Assembly: GCA_046290465.1 (NCBI GenBank)
Contig: JBKAGP010000001.1
Location: 3,840,001-3,904,000 of the forward strand
Reading direction: 5' to 3'
Length of the DNA stretch: 64,000 nucleotides
Origin: Planctomycetota bacterium
Lineage (GTDB): Bacteria; Planctomycetota; UBA1135; UBA2386
A program made the translations under genes and the position numbers. Of this stretch, positions 38,595-48,318 are shown one piece after another; the first letter of the stretch is position 1; every line of letters begins with the position of its first letter. Below the pieces are notes generated by a model that saw nothing but the letters and a program-made list of their open reading frames with translations, was not told where the DNA came from and searched no databases.

Positions 38595-40298
38595 ATGAAG
38601 CACCTCCTCGTCCTGTTCGTCCTGCTCTCCGCGGCGCTCGCGCAGCGCCCCAACGTCGTGCTGGTGATCACCGACGACCAGGGCTACGGCGATCTCGGCG
38701 TGCACGGCAACACCAAGATCCGCACGCCCAACCTCGATGCCCTCGCCGCAGAATCGGTGCGGCTGACCGACTACCACGTCGATCCGACCTGCTCGCCGAC
38801 GCGCAGCGCGCTGATGAGCGGTCGCTATTCGACGCGCACCGGCGTCTGGCACACGATCATGGGACGGTCGCTGATGTCGACCGACGAGACCACGCTCGCC
38901 GAACGCTTCGCCGCCAACGGCTACCGCACCGGCATGTTCGGCAAGTGGCATCTCGGCGACAACGCGCCGTGCCGGCCGCAGGACCAGGGCTTCGAGCGCG
39001 TCGTCTGGCACCACGGCGGCGGCGTCGGCCAGGGACCGGACCATTGGGGCAACGACTACTTCGACGACACCTACGAGGTCGACGGCGCGTGGCGCAGGTT
39101 CGACGGCTACTGCACCGACGTCTGGTTCGAGCAGGCCACCGAGTTCGTGCAGCGCGAGGACGCGCGGCCGTTCTTCGTCTACCTGTCGACCAATGCGCCG
39201 CACGGGCCGTATCTGGTCGACCCGTCGTACTCCAAGCCCTACGAGCAGGCCGGCGTGCCGGCGACGATGGCGAAGTTCTACGGGATGATCACCAACATCG
39301 ACGAGAACGTCGGCCGGCTGCGCAAGCTGCTCGCGGACACCGGCCTCGCCGACAACACGGTGTTCGTGTTCACCACCGACAACGGCACAGCCGCCGGCAA
39401 TGCGCGGCGCGGCAAGGAGCAGGGCAGCTGGAACGGCTTCAACGCCGGCATGCGCGGCAAGAAGGGCTCGGAGTACGACGGCGGCCACCGCGTGCCGCTG
39501 TTCGTGCACTGGCCGAAGGGCGGCGTCGGCGGCGGTCGCGACATCGCAGCACTGGCGGCGCACGTCGACGTGATGCCGACGCTGACCGAGCTGTGCGGCC
39601 TCGAGGCGAAGCCGGAGACCGACGGCGACGGCGCGTCGTTCGCCGCGGCCCTGCGCGGCACCGGCCCGGCGCCGGAGGGTCGCACGCTGTTCGTGCATTC
39701 GCAGCGCGTCGAGCATCCGCGCAAGTGGCGCAAGTGCGCGGTGATGACCGAGCGCTGGCGACTGGTCAACGGCCAGCAACTGTTCGACATCGAGCGAGAT
39801 CCCGGCCAACAGCACGACGTCGCGGCTCGCCACGCCGACGTCGTCGCCCGCCTGCGCGAAGCCTACGAGGGCTGGTGGCGTTCGCTCGAGCCGACCTTCG
39901 ACGACTACGTGCGCATCGCGCTCGGCGGCCGGCAGAACCCGACCCACCTGATGTCGCACGACTGGCACACCGACGACCAGGGCACGCCGTGGCACCAGAA
40001 CCACGTGCGCAACGGCTACGTCGGCAACGGGCCGTGGGCGGTCGACGTGGCGGTCGCCGGCCGTTACCGCGTCACGCTCTACCGCTGGCCCGCGCAGCTG
40101 GACCGGGCGATGCAGTGCGTGCACGCGTCGATCGCGATCGGGGACGTCGAGGCGCAGCGCGACCTCGCCCCCGACGACGCCTCGGTGGCGTTCGAGGTCG
40201 AGCTGCCGCGCGGGCCGGCGACGTTGCGCACGACCCTGCGTCGCACCGACGGCAAGGAGCACGGCGCCTACTTCGCGACGGTCGAACGGCTCGACTGA
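38595..40298 (+). CDS. Arylsulfatase
   Basis: RPNVVLVITDDQGYGD, CSPTRSALMSGR, GKWHLG, TDNG, GKKGSEYDGGHRVP. Confidence 0.95.
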   Translation: MKHLLVLFVLLSAALAQRPNVVLVITDDQGYGDLGVHGNTKIRTPNLDALAAESVRLTDYHVDPTCSPTRSALMSGRYSTRTGVWHTIMGRSLMSTDETTLAERFAANGYRTGMFGKWHLGDNAPCRPQDQGFERVVWHHGGGVGQGPDHWGNDYFDDTYEVDGAWRRFDGYCTDVWFEQATEFVQREDARPFFVYLSTNAPHGPYLVDPSYSKPYEQAGVPATMAKFYGMITNIDENVGRLRKLLADTGLADNTVFVFTTDNGTAAGNARRGKEQGSWNGFNAGMRGKKGSEYDGGHRVPLFVHWPKGGVGGGRDIAALAAHVDVMPTLTELCGLEAKPETDGDGASFAAALRGTGPAPEGRTLFVHSQRVEHPRKWRKCAVMTERWRLVNGQQLFDIERDPGQQHDVAARHADVVARLREAYEGWWRSLEPTFDDYVRIALGGRQNPTHLMSHDWHTDDQGTPWHQNHVRNGYVGNGPWAVDVAVAGRYRVTLYRWPAQLDRAMQCVHASIAIGDVEAQRDLAPDDASVAFEVELPRGPATLRTTLRRTDGKEHGAYFATVERLD

Positions 40299-40351
40299 TC
40301 CGGTCGCGCGGGAGCATTCTCCGCCCACGATCGTCGGGAGCGTCGCTCCCC

Positions 40352-41953
40352 ATGCGCTCCCTCCTCGCCATCGTGCTCGTCGCCGTGGCCGGCCTATGTG
40401 TCGTCGGCTGGTCCGGCGCCGGCAGCGTCGCGCCGCCGACGCCCGAAGTGACGGGCCGAGCAGCGGATGGGGCTCGCGGCCAGCTCACGGCGGACCAGCT
40501 CACGGCGGACCAGGGCGCGACGGGCCAGGGCCGCCGCGCGCACGGCGAGGCCAGCGAGGCCAGCGCGCAGCCGCCCGAACGCGCCCCCGGCGAGGGCGAA
40601 ACTCCCGGGCTGTTCGGGGTCGTGCTCGACCACGAGGGCCAGCCGCTCGAGGCCGTCACCGTGCGCCTGCTCGCCGACGGCGCGCGCGACCATCAGGCCA
40701 CCTACGCCTGCACCGCGACCGACGGCACCTTCGCGTTCGCCGACGTGCACGGCACGTTCGCCTGCCGCATCTGGAACCACGTGTTCGTCGAGCAGCAGGT
40801 CACGCTCGCGCCCGGCGAACGCCGCGACGTGGTGCTGCAGGTCGACGAGCCGTGCGTGCTGGTGTCGGGCCACGTGCGGGCCGGCCGTCGCGCGATCCAC
40901 GACCGCACCGTCGGCGTGCACGGCTCCGATCGGCACGGCGACGTGCACCACGACGCGCACACCGACGAACACGGCTACTACTGCCACCTGCTGCGACCGG
41001 GCACTTACGAGATATCGGTGGTCGGACCGCCGACGTCGATGTCGTGGAGCATCAAGGGTTCGACGATCTGGGTCGAGGTCGACACCGAGTCGATGGCCAG
41101 GCACACGCTGTCGCTGCGCGCGGCGCCGACCCGCGTCGAACGCGACTTCGACCTGCCGTCGGCGCAGGTCGAGGTGCGCGTGCGCACGCCCGACGATCGG
41201 CCGGTAGGCGATGCATCGGTCACCATCCGACGGGACTCCGGCGGCGGCCGTTCGTGGACACGGCGCACCGACGACGACGGCACGATCACGTTCTCGGAGC
41301 TACCCGCCGGTGACTGGGTCGTGCACGGCACGCACGAGATGCACCTCGAGCCGATGCCGGCGCACGTGCGCACGCGCTTCGGCGACGGCCGCCAGCAGGT
41401 GACGCTGACGATGGCAGACGCCGGCGCTGCGCTCGTCAAGCTGATGCACGAGGGCGAGCTCTACGAACCGCTGAACCCCGCCGACCTGTCGCTGCACGTC
41501 GCCGGCCGCGAGGTGCAGCAGGGCCACCGCGGCGAGGGCCGCATGTGGGTCTACGAGGGCGTGCGCTTCGACGCGGTGCCGGTCGGCACGCACGAGCTGC
41601 GCATCGAGGACCGCAAGCTCGCCGACGGTCGCGTGCGCTTCGCGCCGGTCGACCCACCGCCGCCGACGCCGGTGCACGTCACCCGCGGCAGGCGCGCCGA
41701 CGTCGAGGTGCCGGTGCGTCGCCGACCGCAGCTCGGCATCAGCGTGCTCGGCGGCCCCGAGATGGAGACCAGCATCGAGGTGCGTTGTCCCGCCGGAACG
41801 GTCGTGCCGAGCCATCGCGGCCACGACCACTGGCGCGCCGAAGTGCCGGCCGGGGACTACACCGTCGAGGTCCGCCGCGGCGAACGGCACCGCATCGACC
41901 GGGTCTCGGTCGGCCGTGCCGACGTCGAGCACCGCGTCACGTTCACGCACTGA
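40352..41953 (+). CDS. Membrane-anchored carboxypeptidase-regulatory-like (beta-sandwich repeat) protein
   Basis: N-terminal TM. Repeated G.V.D..G.P...V, TDEHGYY...PGTY.I, and TDDDG.I.F..LPAG.W motifs. Confidence 0.75.
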   Translation: MRSLLAIVLVAVAGLCVVGWSGAGSVAPPTPEVTGRAADGARGQLTADQLTADQGATGQGRRAHGEASEASAQPPERAPGEGETPGLFGVVLDHEGQPLEAVTVRLLADGARDHQATYACTATDGTFAFADVHGTFACRIWNHVFVEQQVTLAPGERRDVVLQVDEPCVLVSGHVRAGRRAIHDRTVGVHGSDRHGDVHHDAHTDEHGYYCHLLRPGTYEISVVGPPTSMSWSIKGSTIWVEVDTESMARHTLSLRAAPTRVERDFDLPSAQVEVRVRTPDDRPVGDASVTIRRDSGGGRSWTRRTDDDGTITFSELPAGDWVVHGTHEMHLEPMPAHVRTRFGDGRQQVTLTMADAGAALVKLMHEGELYEPLNPADLSLHVAGREVQQGHRGEGRMWVYEGVRFDAVPVGTHELRIEDRKLADGRVRFAPVDPPPPTPVHVTRGRRADVEVPVRRRPQLGISVLGGPEMETSIEVRCPAGTVVPSHRGHDHWRAEVPAGDYTVEVRRGERHRIDRVSVGRADVEHRVTFTH

Positions 41954-42013
41954 GCGGCGCGCCACGAGGCCCCTCTGGCGGACGCCCCCGGCAGACACCA
42001 TGATGTCGCCGCC

Positions 42014-42586
42014 ATGACCGACACCCCGTCGCCCTCCCCGCGCACGAACGACACGTCGTCGGAACGCACCGAGAACTACCTCGAGGCCTACTCGGCGATC
42101 GGCGAGTGGATCCGGTTCGCGGACGCCAAGGCCGCGGTCGTGCTGACCGTCGTCGGCGCGCTCGCGAGCGTGCTGATCCCGACGCTGTCCGAGCTGCCGG
42201 ACAAGCCCGATCCGGAGTGGCTCTACTTCACTGCAGTCGGCCTGTTCGGCGTCTGGGCGATCCTGATGACGCTGTCGGGCGCCTATGCCGTCTGGTGCGT
42301 GCTGCCGCTGCGCAAGAAGGGACAGCACCCGTCGCTCGGCCACTGCAAGCACTTCCACCCCGCCGCCATCTCGCAGGCCTACCAGGAGCACGAGGTCGAG
42401 AGGTTCATCGACGACTGCCAGCAGGGTGGGGTCGACCAGTTCGAACGGCAGGTGCTGGCGGGCCTGCTGATCGACAGCCACATCTCGTCGGCGAAGTACG
42501 GCCGGGTGTCGACCTCGATCCGGCTGCTGACGTTCGGGGTGCCGTTCGGCTTCGCCTACCTGCTGGTCACGCAGTTCTTGTCGTGA
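42014..42586 (+). CDS. Pycsar membrane effector-like protein (PycTM / DUF5706)
   Basis: WIRFADAKAAVVL followed by TM1, TM2 ending CVLP, HF..I, and a late S.I...KY..V followed by TM3. This is the layout of the PycTM/DUF5706 family as I recall it. Confidence 0.75.
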   Translation: MTDTPSPSPRTNDTSSERTENYLEAYSAIGEWIRFADAKAAVVLTVVGALASVLIPTLSELPDKPDPEWLYFTAVGLFGVWAILMTLSGAYAVWCVLPLRKKGQHPSLGHCKHFHPAAISQAYQEHEVERFIDDCQQGGVDQFERQVLAGLLIDSHISSAKYGRVSTSIRLLTFGVPFGFAYLLVTQFLS

Positions 42587-43415
42587 CGTCGCAGCGCCCG
42601 CGCCGCGGCGCGTCGAAGCCGTCGACGACCGCGTTGTAGCGCGGACGCACGTCGACCCGCCCATCGCCAGAGCCCTGCGCGAGCAACGCGTCGACGACGT
42701 CGTCGAACACCGGGAACGCGGTCATCAGCCGCCTTCCTGCGGCGGTCGTGCGGTACCAGTAGACGAGCAGCGTCGACGGTGCCCGCCGTTGTCGATCGGG
42801 GAACGCGACCAGCTCCGAGTGCAGCTCGACCAGCCGCCGGTCGGCCAGCCGCACCCGCTCGCTGACGCGGGTGACCGCCAGCCCAGCGTAGTCGTAGTCC
42901 AGCACCGACGCGGCGACGCCGCCACGCTCGCGCGCGAGCCGGCGCAGCTGCCGCGGCTCGTCGCTCCACGCGATGCGCGCCAGGAACCAGGTGACGTTGT
43001 GCAGCAGCGAGCCGTCGCGCGGCATCGGGCGCAGCGCATCGCGCAGGCCGAGTCCGCGTTCGATCGCCGGCCGCACCCAGCGATCGCGTTTGCGCCCGTA
43101 CGGCGTCTCGATCGTGCTCAGCAGGTAGCCGTAGGTGTGCAGCAGACCGGCGTGGCACGCGCGCGTCGGCATCGGTTGCCGCGCCAGCAACGCGATCGCC
43201 CGCAGCACGCCGGGCTCGACGATCCGGCAGCGGGCGTTCTCGTCGAAGTTGCGGCTGATCCCCCACGGCGCCAGCACCCACGGATGTGCCCGGACCGACA
43301 ACAGCCCGTCGGCCAGCGCCGGCAGCTGCGACCGCAGGACCTCGGCGCCGGCCGCGCCCTTCGCCGCGGCGGTGACGCGCGCCGCGAGCGTGTCCCAATC
43401 GATGCCGCCCGTCAT
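42567..43415 (-). CDS. Conserved hypothetical protein (HAGLLHTYGYLLS...TPYG.KRDRW motif)
   Basis: Open ORF with motif-like WG.S.NFDEN and HAG..HTYGY segments. TATCGT lies 7 nt before the ATG at 43415. Confidence 0.7.
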   Translation of the reverse strand: MTGGIDWDTLAARVTAAAKGAAGAEVLRSQLPALADGLLSVRAHPWVLAPWGISRNFDENARCRIVEPGVLRAIALLARQPMPTRACHAGLLHTYGYLLSTIETPYGRKRDRWVRPAIERGLGLRDALRPMPRDGSLLHNVTWFLARIAWSDEPRQLRRLARERGGVAASVLDYDYAGLAVTRVSERVRLADRRLVELHSELVAFPDRQRRAPSTLLVYWYRTTAAGRRLMTAFPVFDDVVDALLAQGSGDGRVDVRPRYNAVVDGFDAPRRGRCDVTTRTA

Positions 43416-43531
43416 CGCGGCGACGATACCCAACGGTCCGAGGTCGCGCGCCGGCTTCTGCCGCCAGAACGCATCGGGGCATCCGGCCGCCGCGCGACCA
43501 GCGGGTCACGCGTGGGGTCGGATGCGCGCCC

Positions 43532-45349
43532 ATGCGTGCCGCTCGCCTGCTCCTGTTCCCCGCGATCGCGTGGTCCGCCATCGCACCGGCGGCGCTGCGT
43601 GCGCAGCTGCCGGAGCTGATCGAGACGCACTGCGCCGACTGCCACAGCGGCGACGATCCGGCCGGCAACGTCGACCTCGACGCGGTGTTCGCGCCCGATG
43701 CCCGTCGCGCCGCGGACTTCGGCCGGCACCTCGAGGCGATGGCGCGCCGCGTGCGCGCCCGCACGATGCCGCCGCCGGCCGACGTCGAGCCGCTCGCCGC
43801 CGACCAGCGACGCGCGCTGGTGACGCTGCTCGCGGACCTGGCGCCGCGCGTGTCCGGAGCGCGCGTCGCGACGATGCGCCGCCTGACCCGCCGCCAGTAC
43901 GAACACACGGTGCAGGCGCTGTTCGGCCTGCGGTGGCAGGCGCGCGACCTGCTGCCCGACGACGCGACCGCGCACGGCTTCGAGGGCATCGGGGACGTGC
44001 AGAACGTGTCGCCGCTGATGTTCGAGAAGTACCTCGATGCGGCCACCGACGTCGCGGCCCGGGTCTGCGGCGACGCCGGCGCGATCGCCGAGCTGTTCGG
44101 GGAACGGGACCTCGAGCACGCGCTGCGCGACCTGCTCGGCCGCGCCTACCGGCGGCCGGCCACCGACGAGGAGGTCGCCGAACTCGCCGCCGACCATCTG
44201 GCGCTGCGCGAACGCGGCAAGGGCGAGGCCGACGCGCGGCAGGCGCTGCTGCGCGCGGTGCTGGCGTCACCGAGCTTCCTGTTCCGCGCCGAGCGTGGCC
44301 GCGACGAGCAGCCCTGGCGGCTGCGTCCGCACGAACTGGCGGTGCGGTTGTCGTACATGCTGGTCTCGGGCCCGCCCGACCGTGAGCTGCGCGCCGCCGC
44401 CGACGACGGCAGCCTGCTGCGCCCCGAGGTGCTGCGCGAGCACGCGCGGCGGCTCGCCCGCAGCGACGACGGGCACGCGCTGGCCGGCGACTTCGCGACC
44501 CAGTGGCTGTCGCTGCGCGACGTGCTCGACGCCAACGCCGACTTCCGGCGCTTTCGCGACATCTGGAACCGTTCGCTGCGGCCGTCGATGCGGGACGAGG
44601 TCGTGCAGGCGTTTGCGTATCTGGTGCGTGAGGACCGCAGCGTGCTCGAGCTGATCGACGCCGACTACACGTTCGTCAACGCGACGCTGGCGAAGCACTA
44701 CGGCATCCCCGACGTCGAGGGTCGCGAGTTCCGCCGCGTAGAGCTGGCCGATCGTCGCCGCGGCGGCGTGCTCGGCGCCGGCGCGATGCTGATGGCGACG
44801 TCGTATCCGCTGCGCACGAGCCCGGTGAAGCGCGGCCAGTGGATCCTGACCCGGCTACTGGACTCGCCACCGCCCCCGCCGCCGCCCGACGCCGGCACGC
44901 TGCCGCGCGACGACAAGAACGCGCGTGGCCGCACGCTCCGCGAACAGCTCGAACACCATCGCCGACGCTCGAGCTGTGCTGCGTGCCACGTCGAGATGGA
45001 CGCGCTCGGGTTTGCGCTCGAGAACTACGATGCGCTGGGACGCTGGCGCGACCAGGACGTCAACGGCAAGCCGATCGACTGCGCGGCCGAACTGCCCGAC
45101 GGCACCCGGCTGGACGGACCGGTCGCGCTGCGCGACGCGCTGCTGGCGCGCGCCGACGACTTCGTGCGGGCGTTCGCCAAGAACCTGCTCGTGCACGGCG
45201 TGGGCCGCGACATGCTGCTGCACGACGAAGCCGAGCTGCAGCGCATCGTCGCGCACACGCGCGCCAACGGCGACCGCTTCTCGGCGCTGCTCGACGCGGT
45301 CGTCACCTCTCCCCTGTTCGTGCTCCGCGACCCCGACCACACCCCATGA
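43532..45349 (+). CDS. DUF1592/DUF1588-family protein with cytochrome c motifs
   Basis: HCADCH, RRLTRRQYEHTV, LASPSFLFR.E, ELAVRLSYML, RTSPVKRGQWIL, CAACH..MD.LGFALENYD. Confidence 0.92.
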   Translation: MRAARLLLFPAIAWSAIAPAALRAQLPELIETHCADCHSGDDPAGNVDLDAVFAPDARRAADFGRHLEAMARRVRARTMPPPADVEPLAADQRRALVTLLADLAPRVSGARVATMRRLTRRQYEHTVQALFGLRWQARDLLPDDATAHGFEGIGDVQNVSPLMFEKYLDAATDVAARVCGDAGAIAELFGERDLEHALRDLLGRAYRRPATDEEVAELAADHLALRERGKGEADARQALLRAVLASPSFLFRAERGRDEQPWRLRPHELAVRLSYMLVSGPPDRELRAAADDGSLLRPEVLREHARRLARSDDGHALAGDFATQWLSLRDVLDANADFRRFRDIWNRSLRPSMRDEVVQAFAYLVREDRSVLELIDADYTFVNATLAKHYGIPDVEGREFRRVELADRRRGGVLGAGAMLMATSYPLRTSPVKRGQWILTRLLDSPPPPPPPDAGTLPRDDKNARGRTLREQLEHHRRRSSCAACHVEMDALGFALENYDALGRWRDQDVNGKPIDCAAELPDGTRLDGPVALRDALLARADDFVRAFAKNLLVHGVGRDMLLHDEAELQRIVAHTRANGDRFSALLDAVVTSPLFVLRDPDHTP

Positions 45350-46656
45350 CCGTTCCGTTCCTCGGCAGGCGCGCGTTCCTTCGCGGCGCCGGCGTCACCG
45401 TTGCGCTGCCGTGGCTCGAGTCGCTGGCGGCCAGGCTGCCCGGGCCGCGCCGCGCGCCGCCACATCGCCTGTGCGTGCTGGTCACGCCCAACGGCATGCT
45501 GCCGTCGGCCTGGCACCCGACGCCGGCCGCCGAAGGCGAGGCGCGCGACGCGTCGCTGCCGGCGTGGATGCCGTCGTTCACGCTGGCGCCGCTGCAGCGC
45601 CACGCGCAGCGGCTCGGAGTCTTCACCAACCTCGCCAACCGCGGCAGCTTCTCCGGCGACGGCCACTACGCGAAGGTCGCGCCGCTGTTGACGGGCAAGA
45701 AGATCCGTCGCACCGGTGGGCGCGATCTGTGGAACGGCGTCTCGGTCGACCAGGTCGCGGCGCAACATCTCGGCGCGGCCACGCTGCTGCCGTCGATGGA
45801 GCTCGGCTGCGATCCGATCTACCCGGTCGAGGACATGGGCTACTCGACGGTCTACGGCGGCCACATCGCGTGGAGCGCGCCGGATCGGCCGGTGTTGAAG
45901 GAGATCGTGCCGCGGCAGGCGTTCGACCGGATGTTCCGCAGCCGACGGCTGGCCGTCGACGACACCCGCGGCAGCGTGCTCGACGCGGTGCGCCGCGACA
46001 GCAAGCGGCTGCGCGCGCAGCTGTCCGGCGCCGACGCGCGCAAGCTCGAAGAATACGAGGACGCGGTCCGTTCGCTCGAGCGGCGCATCGAACACGCGGC
46101 CTCGGTCGCCGACGTCGATGCGCTCGATCGCGCCAAGGCGCCCGAGGCGGGCAGACCGAAGGACTACCCGACGCACGTCGAACTGATGCTCGACCTGATC
46201 GCGCTGGCGTTCCGCAGCGACGCGACGCGGATCGTGACGTTCTTGATGGCCAACGAGGTCTCCGGCCGCCGCTTCGACTGGATCGAAGGCTGCGGCGGCA
46301 ACTTCCACGAGTATTCGCACCACCAGGGCAAGGCCGAGAAGCAGGAGCCCTACCGCAAGATCAACCGTTGGCACGTCGAGCGCTTCGCCGGCCTGCTCGA
46401 CCGGCTGCGCGCGATCGAGGAAGGCGACGGCGACGTTCTCGACAACGCGACGATCGTGCTCGCCGCCGCGATGAGCGACGGCAACGCGCACTCGCCGCAC
46501 GACCTGCCGATCGTCGTCGCCGGCGGCGGCGTGCCCACCGGCCGCATCGTCTCCCCCAAGGACACCCCGCTCTGCCGCCTCTGGCTGACCGCGCTGCGAC
46601 GGCTCGGCCTCGCCACCAAGACGTTCGGCGACGCCACCACCCCCCTGTTCGCCTGA
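45346..46656 (+). CDS. DUF1552 family protein (Tat signal)
   Basis: RRAFLRGAGVTVALPWLESL, SVDQVAA, SVLD, KLEEY..VR.LE, AF.SDATR, DGNAH...DLP. Confidence 0.92.
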   Translation: MTVPFLGRRAFLRGAGVTVALPWLESLAARLPGPRRAPPHRLCVLVTPNGMLPSAWHPTPAAEGEARDASLPAWMPSFTLAPLQRHAQRLGVFTNLANRGSFSGDGHYAKVAPLLTGKKIRRTGGRDLWNGVSVDQVAAQHLGAATLLPSMELGCDPIYPVEDMGYSTVYGGHIAWSAPDRPVLKEIVPRQAFDRMFRSRRLAVDDTRGSVLDAVRRDSKRLRAQLSGADARKLEEYEDAVRSLERRIEHAASVADVDALDRAKAPEAGRPKDYPTHVELMLDLIALAFRSDATRIVTFLMANEVSGRRFDWIEGCGGNFHEYSHHQGKAEKQEPYRKINRWHVERFAGLLDRLRAIEEGDGDVLDNATIVLAAAMSDGNAHSPHDLPIVVAGGGVPTGRIVSPKDTPLCRLWLTALRRLGLATKTFGDATTPLFA

Positions 46657-46755
46657 ACCAGGCGGACCACGACCGTTCGCCCTCCCGTCCGAAAGGTCTG
46701 CTCCCGGAACGGACCTTACGGACCGATCGGAGGGCTGGGGGCTTAGGATCGGGGG

Positions 46756-48282
46756 ATGCGTTGGCAACGGTGTGTCTTGGGGATGATGGTGGCCGGGGCG
46801 GTCGGGGCTCAGCAGGTGGTCGGGGCCAAGCGGGGGGTCGGGTCGCTGCCTCGGGTCGCCGAGAAGGTGCTGGTGGTCGGGAACGGGCAGACGTCCGACG
46901 CGATGCGGACGGCCTTCCTGCACCTGTGCGGTCGCCGCGACGCGCGCATCGTCGTCGTCTGGAGCAAGCGGCGCGCGACGACGAAGCCGTGGCTCGAACT
47001 CGGCGCGCGGGAGGTGGTGGCGGTCGGCGGTCGCAAGCAGGGCGGCCAGCAGCTCACCGACGCGATGCTCGATGCCGACGGGATCTGGCTGGAGGACGCC
47101 GGCCTGCCGCAGAACGACCGCGACCTGTTCACGCGGCTCGTGCACAACGTACTCGCCCGCGGCGGCGCGGTCGGCGGGCCCGGCGTCGAGGCAACGGGGC
47201 CGCTCGGACTGCTGCACCACTGCACGATCGAACGGCTCGGCAAGGCGTCCGCCCGTCCCCGACAACGCCTCGAGCCGGGCAGCGGCGAGGTCCACCTGAC
47301 GATCCCGCCCGACACCGCGCTGGTCGTGCACGACGGTCGCCGCGCCGGCGCGATCGGCACGTCGCCGATCCTGGTGCGGGTCGCGGCCAACGGCGACTGG
47401 CCGGCGCGCGAACGCTCGATCGAGCCGCAGGACGCGTTCACGTTCGGCGGCGACCTGCCGTACGACCTCGACCTGCTCGCCTGGATGCGCTCGGCGCGCG
47501 ATCGCCAGGGCCCCCTCCATCCGTCGGCCAGGCGGGCCACCCCGAAGGTGCGCAAGGGCACACTGGTCCTCAGCGGCGGCGGCGGCGTGCAGTCGCCGAC
47601 CTGGCGTCGCTTCGTCGACGGTGCCGGCGGCAAGGACGCGCGCATCGTCTGCATCCCGAGCGCATCGACCGCGGACGACGAGCCACAGCCGCGCTCCTAC
47701 AGCGCCCGCCAGCTCGCCAACCACGGCTGCACCGACGTCGTCGTGCTGCACACCGACGACCCGCGCCGCGCCGACCACCGCGCGCTGCTGCAGCTGCTCG
47801 ACGGGGCGACCGGCGTCTGGATCGACGGCGGCCGCACCTACCAGCTGATGGACGCGATCGAACACACCGCCGTACACCGCCGGATCCGCGAGATCCTGCA
47901 GCAGGGCGGCGCCGTCGGCGGCAGCTCGGCCGGCTGCCAGGTGCTCGGCGACTTCCTGGTGCGCGGCAACCCACGCACCAACAAGGACCTGGCCTTCGAC
48001 GGCTACACGCGCGCGCTCGGGCTGCTGCCCGGGGTGGTGCTCGACGCGCACTTCCGCGACCGCGACCGCCAGCGCCCGTTCGCCGAACTGGTGCGATCGA
48101 TGCCGCAGCTGCTCGGCATCGGGGTCGACGCGGACACGGCGCTCGTGGTCACCGGCACCACCGCCGAAGTCCTGGGCAAACAAGGGGTCACGTTCGTCGA
48201 CGCAGAAGGCGACGAGCCCGTCGAGGTGCTGGTGGAGGCCGGCGGCCGCTACGACCTGGCGAAGCGGCGCGCGTTGCGCTGA
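46756..48282 (+). CDS. Secreted cyanophycinase-like (peptidase S51) protein with tandem domains
   Basis: C-terminal domain has LVLSGGG, IPSAS, GVWIDGG, GGSSAG (nucleophile), DAHF and GIGVDADTAL. The N-terminal domain is a degenerate copy. Confidence 0.85.
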   Translation: MRWQRCVLGMMVAGAVGAQQVVGAKRGVGSLPRVAEKVLVVGNGQTSDAMRTAFLHLCGRRDARIVVVWSKRRATTKPWLELGAREVVAVGGRKQGGQQLTDAMLDADGIWLEDAGLPQNDRDLFTRLVHNVLARGGAVGGPGVEATGPLGLLHHCTIERLGKASARPRQRLEPGSGEVHLTIPPDTALVVHDGRRAGAIGTSPILVRVAANGDWPARERSIEPQDAFTFGGDLPYDLDLLAWMRSARDRQGPLHPSARRATPKVRKGTLVLSGGGGVQSPTWRRFVDGAGGKDARIVCIPSASTADDEPQPRSYSARQLANHGCTDVVVLHTDDPRRADHRALLQLLDGATGVWIDGGRTYQLMDAIEHTAVHRRIREILQQGGAVGGSSAGCQVLGDFLVRGNPRTNKDLAFDGYTRALGLLPGVVLDAHFRDRDRQRPFAELVRSMPQLLGIGVDADTALVVTGTTAEVLGKQGVTFVDAEGDEPVEVLVEAGGRYDLAKRRALR

Positions 48283-48318
48283 CGCGAACGCCCGCGAAAA
48301 AAGTCGCGCGTTCGTGTC
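48281..48318. terminator. Imperfect stem-loop after the S51 gene
   Basis: GACGCGAACGC..GCGA-AAAAAG-TCGC-GCGTTCGTGTC. No U-tract on the + strand. Confidence 0.35.
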
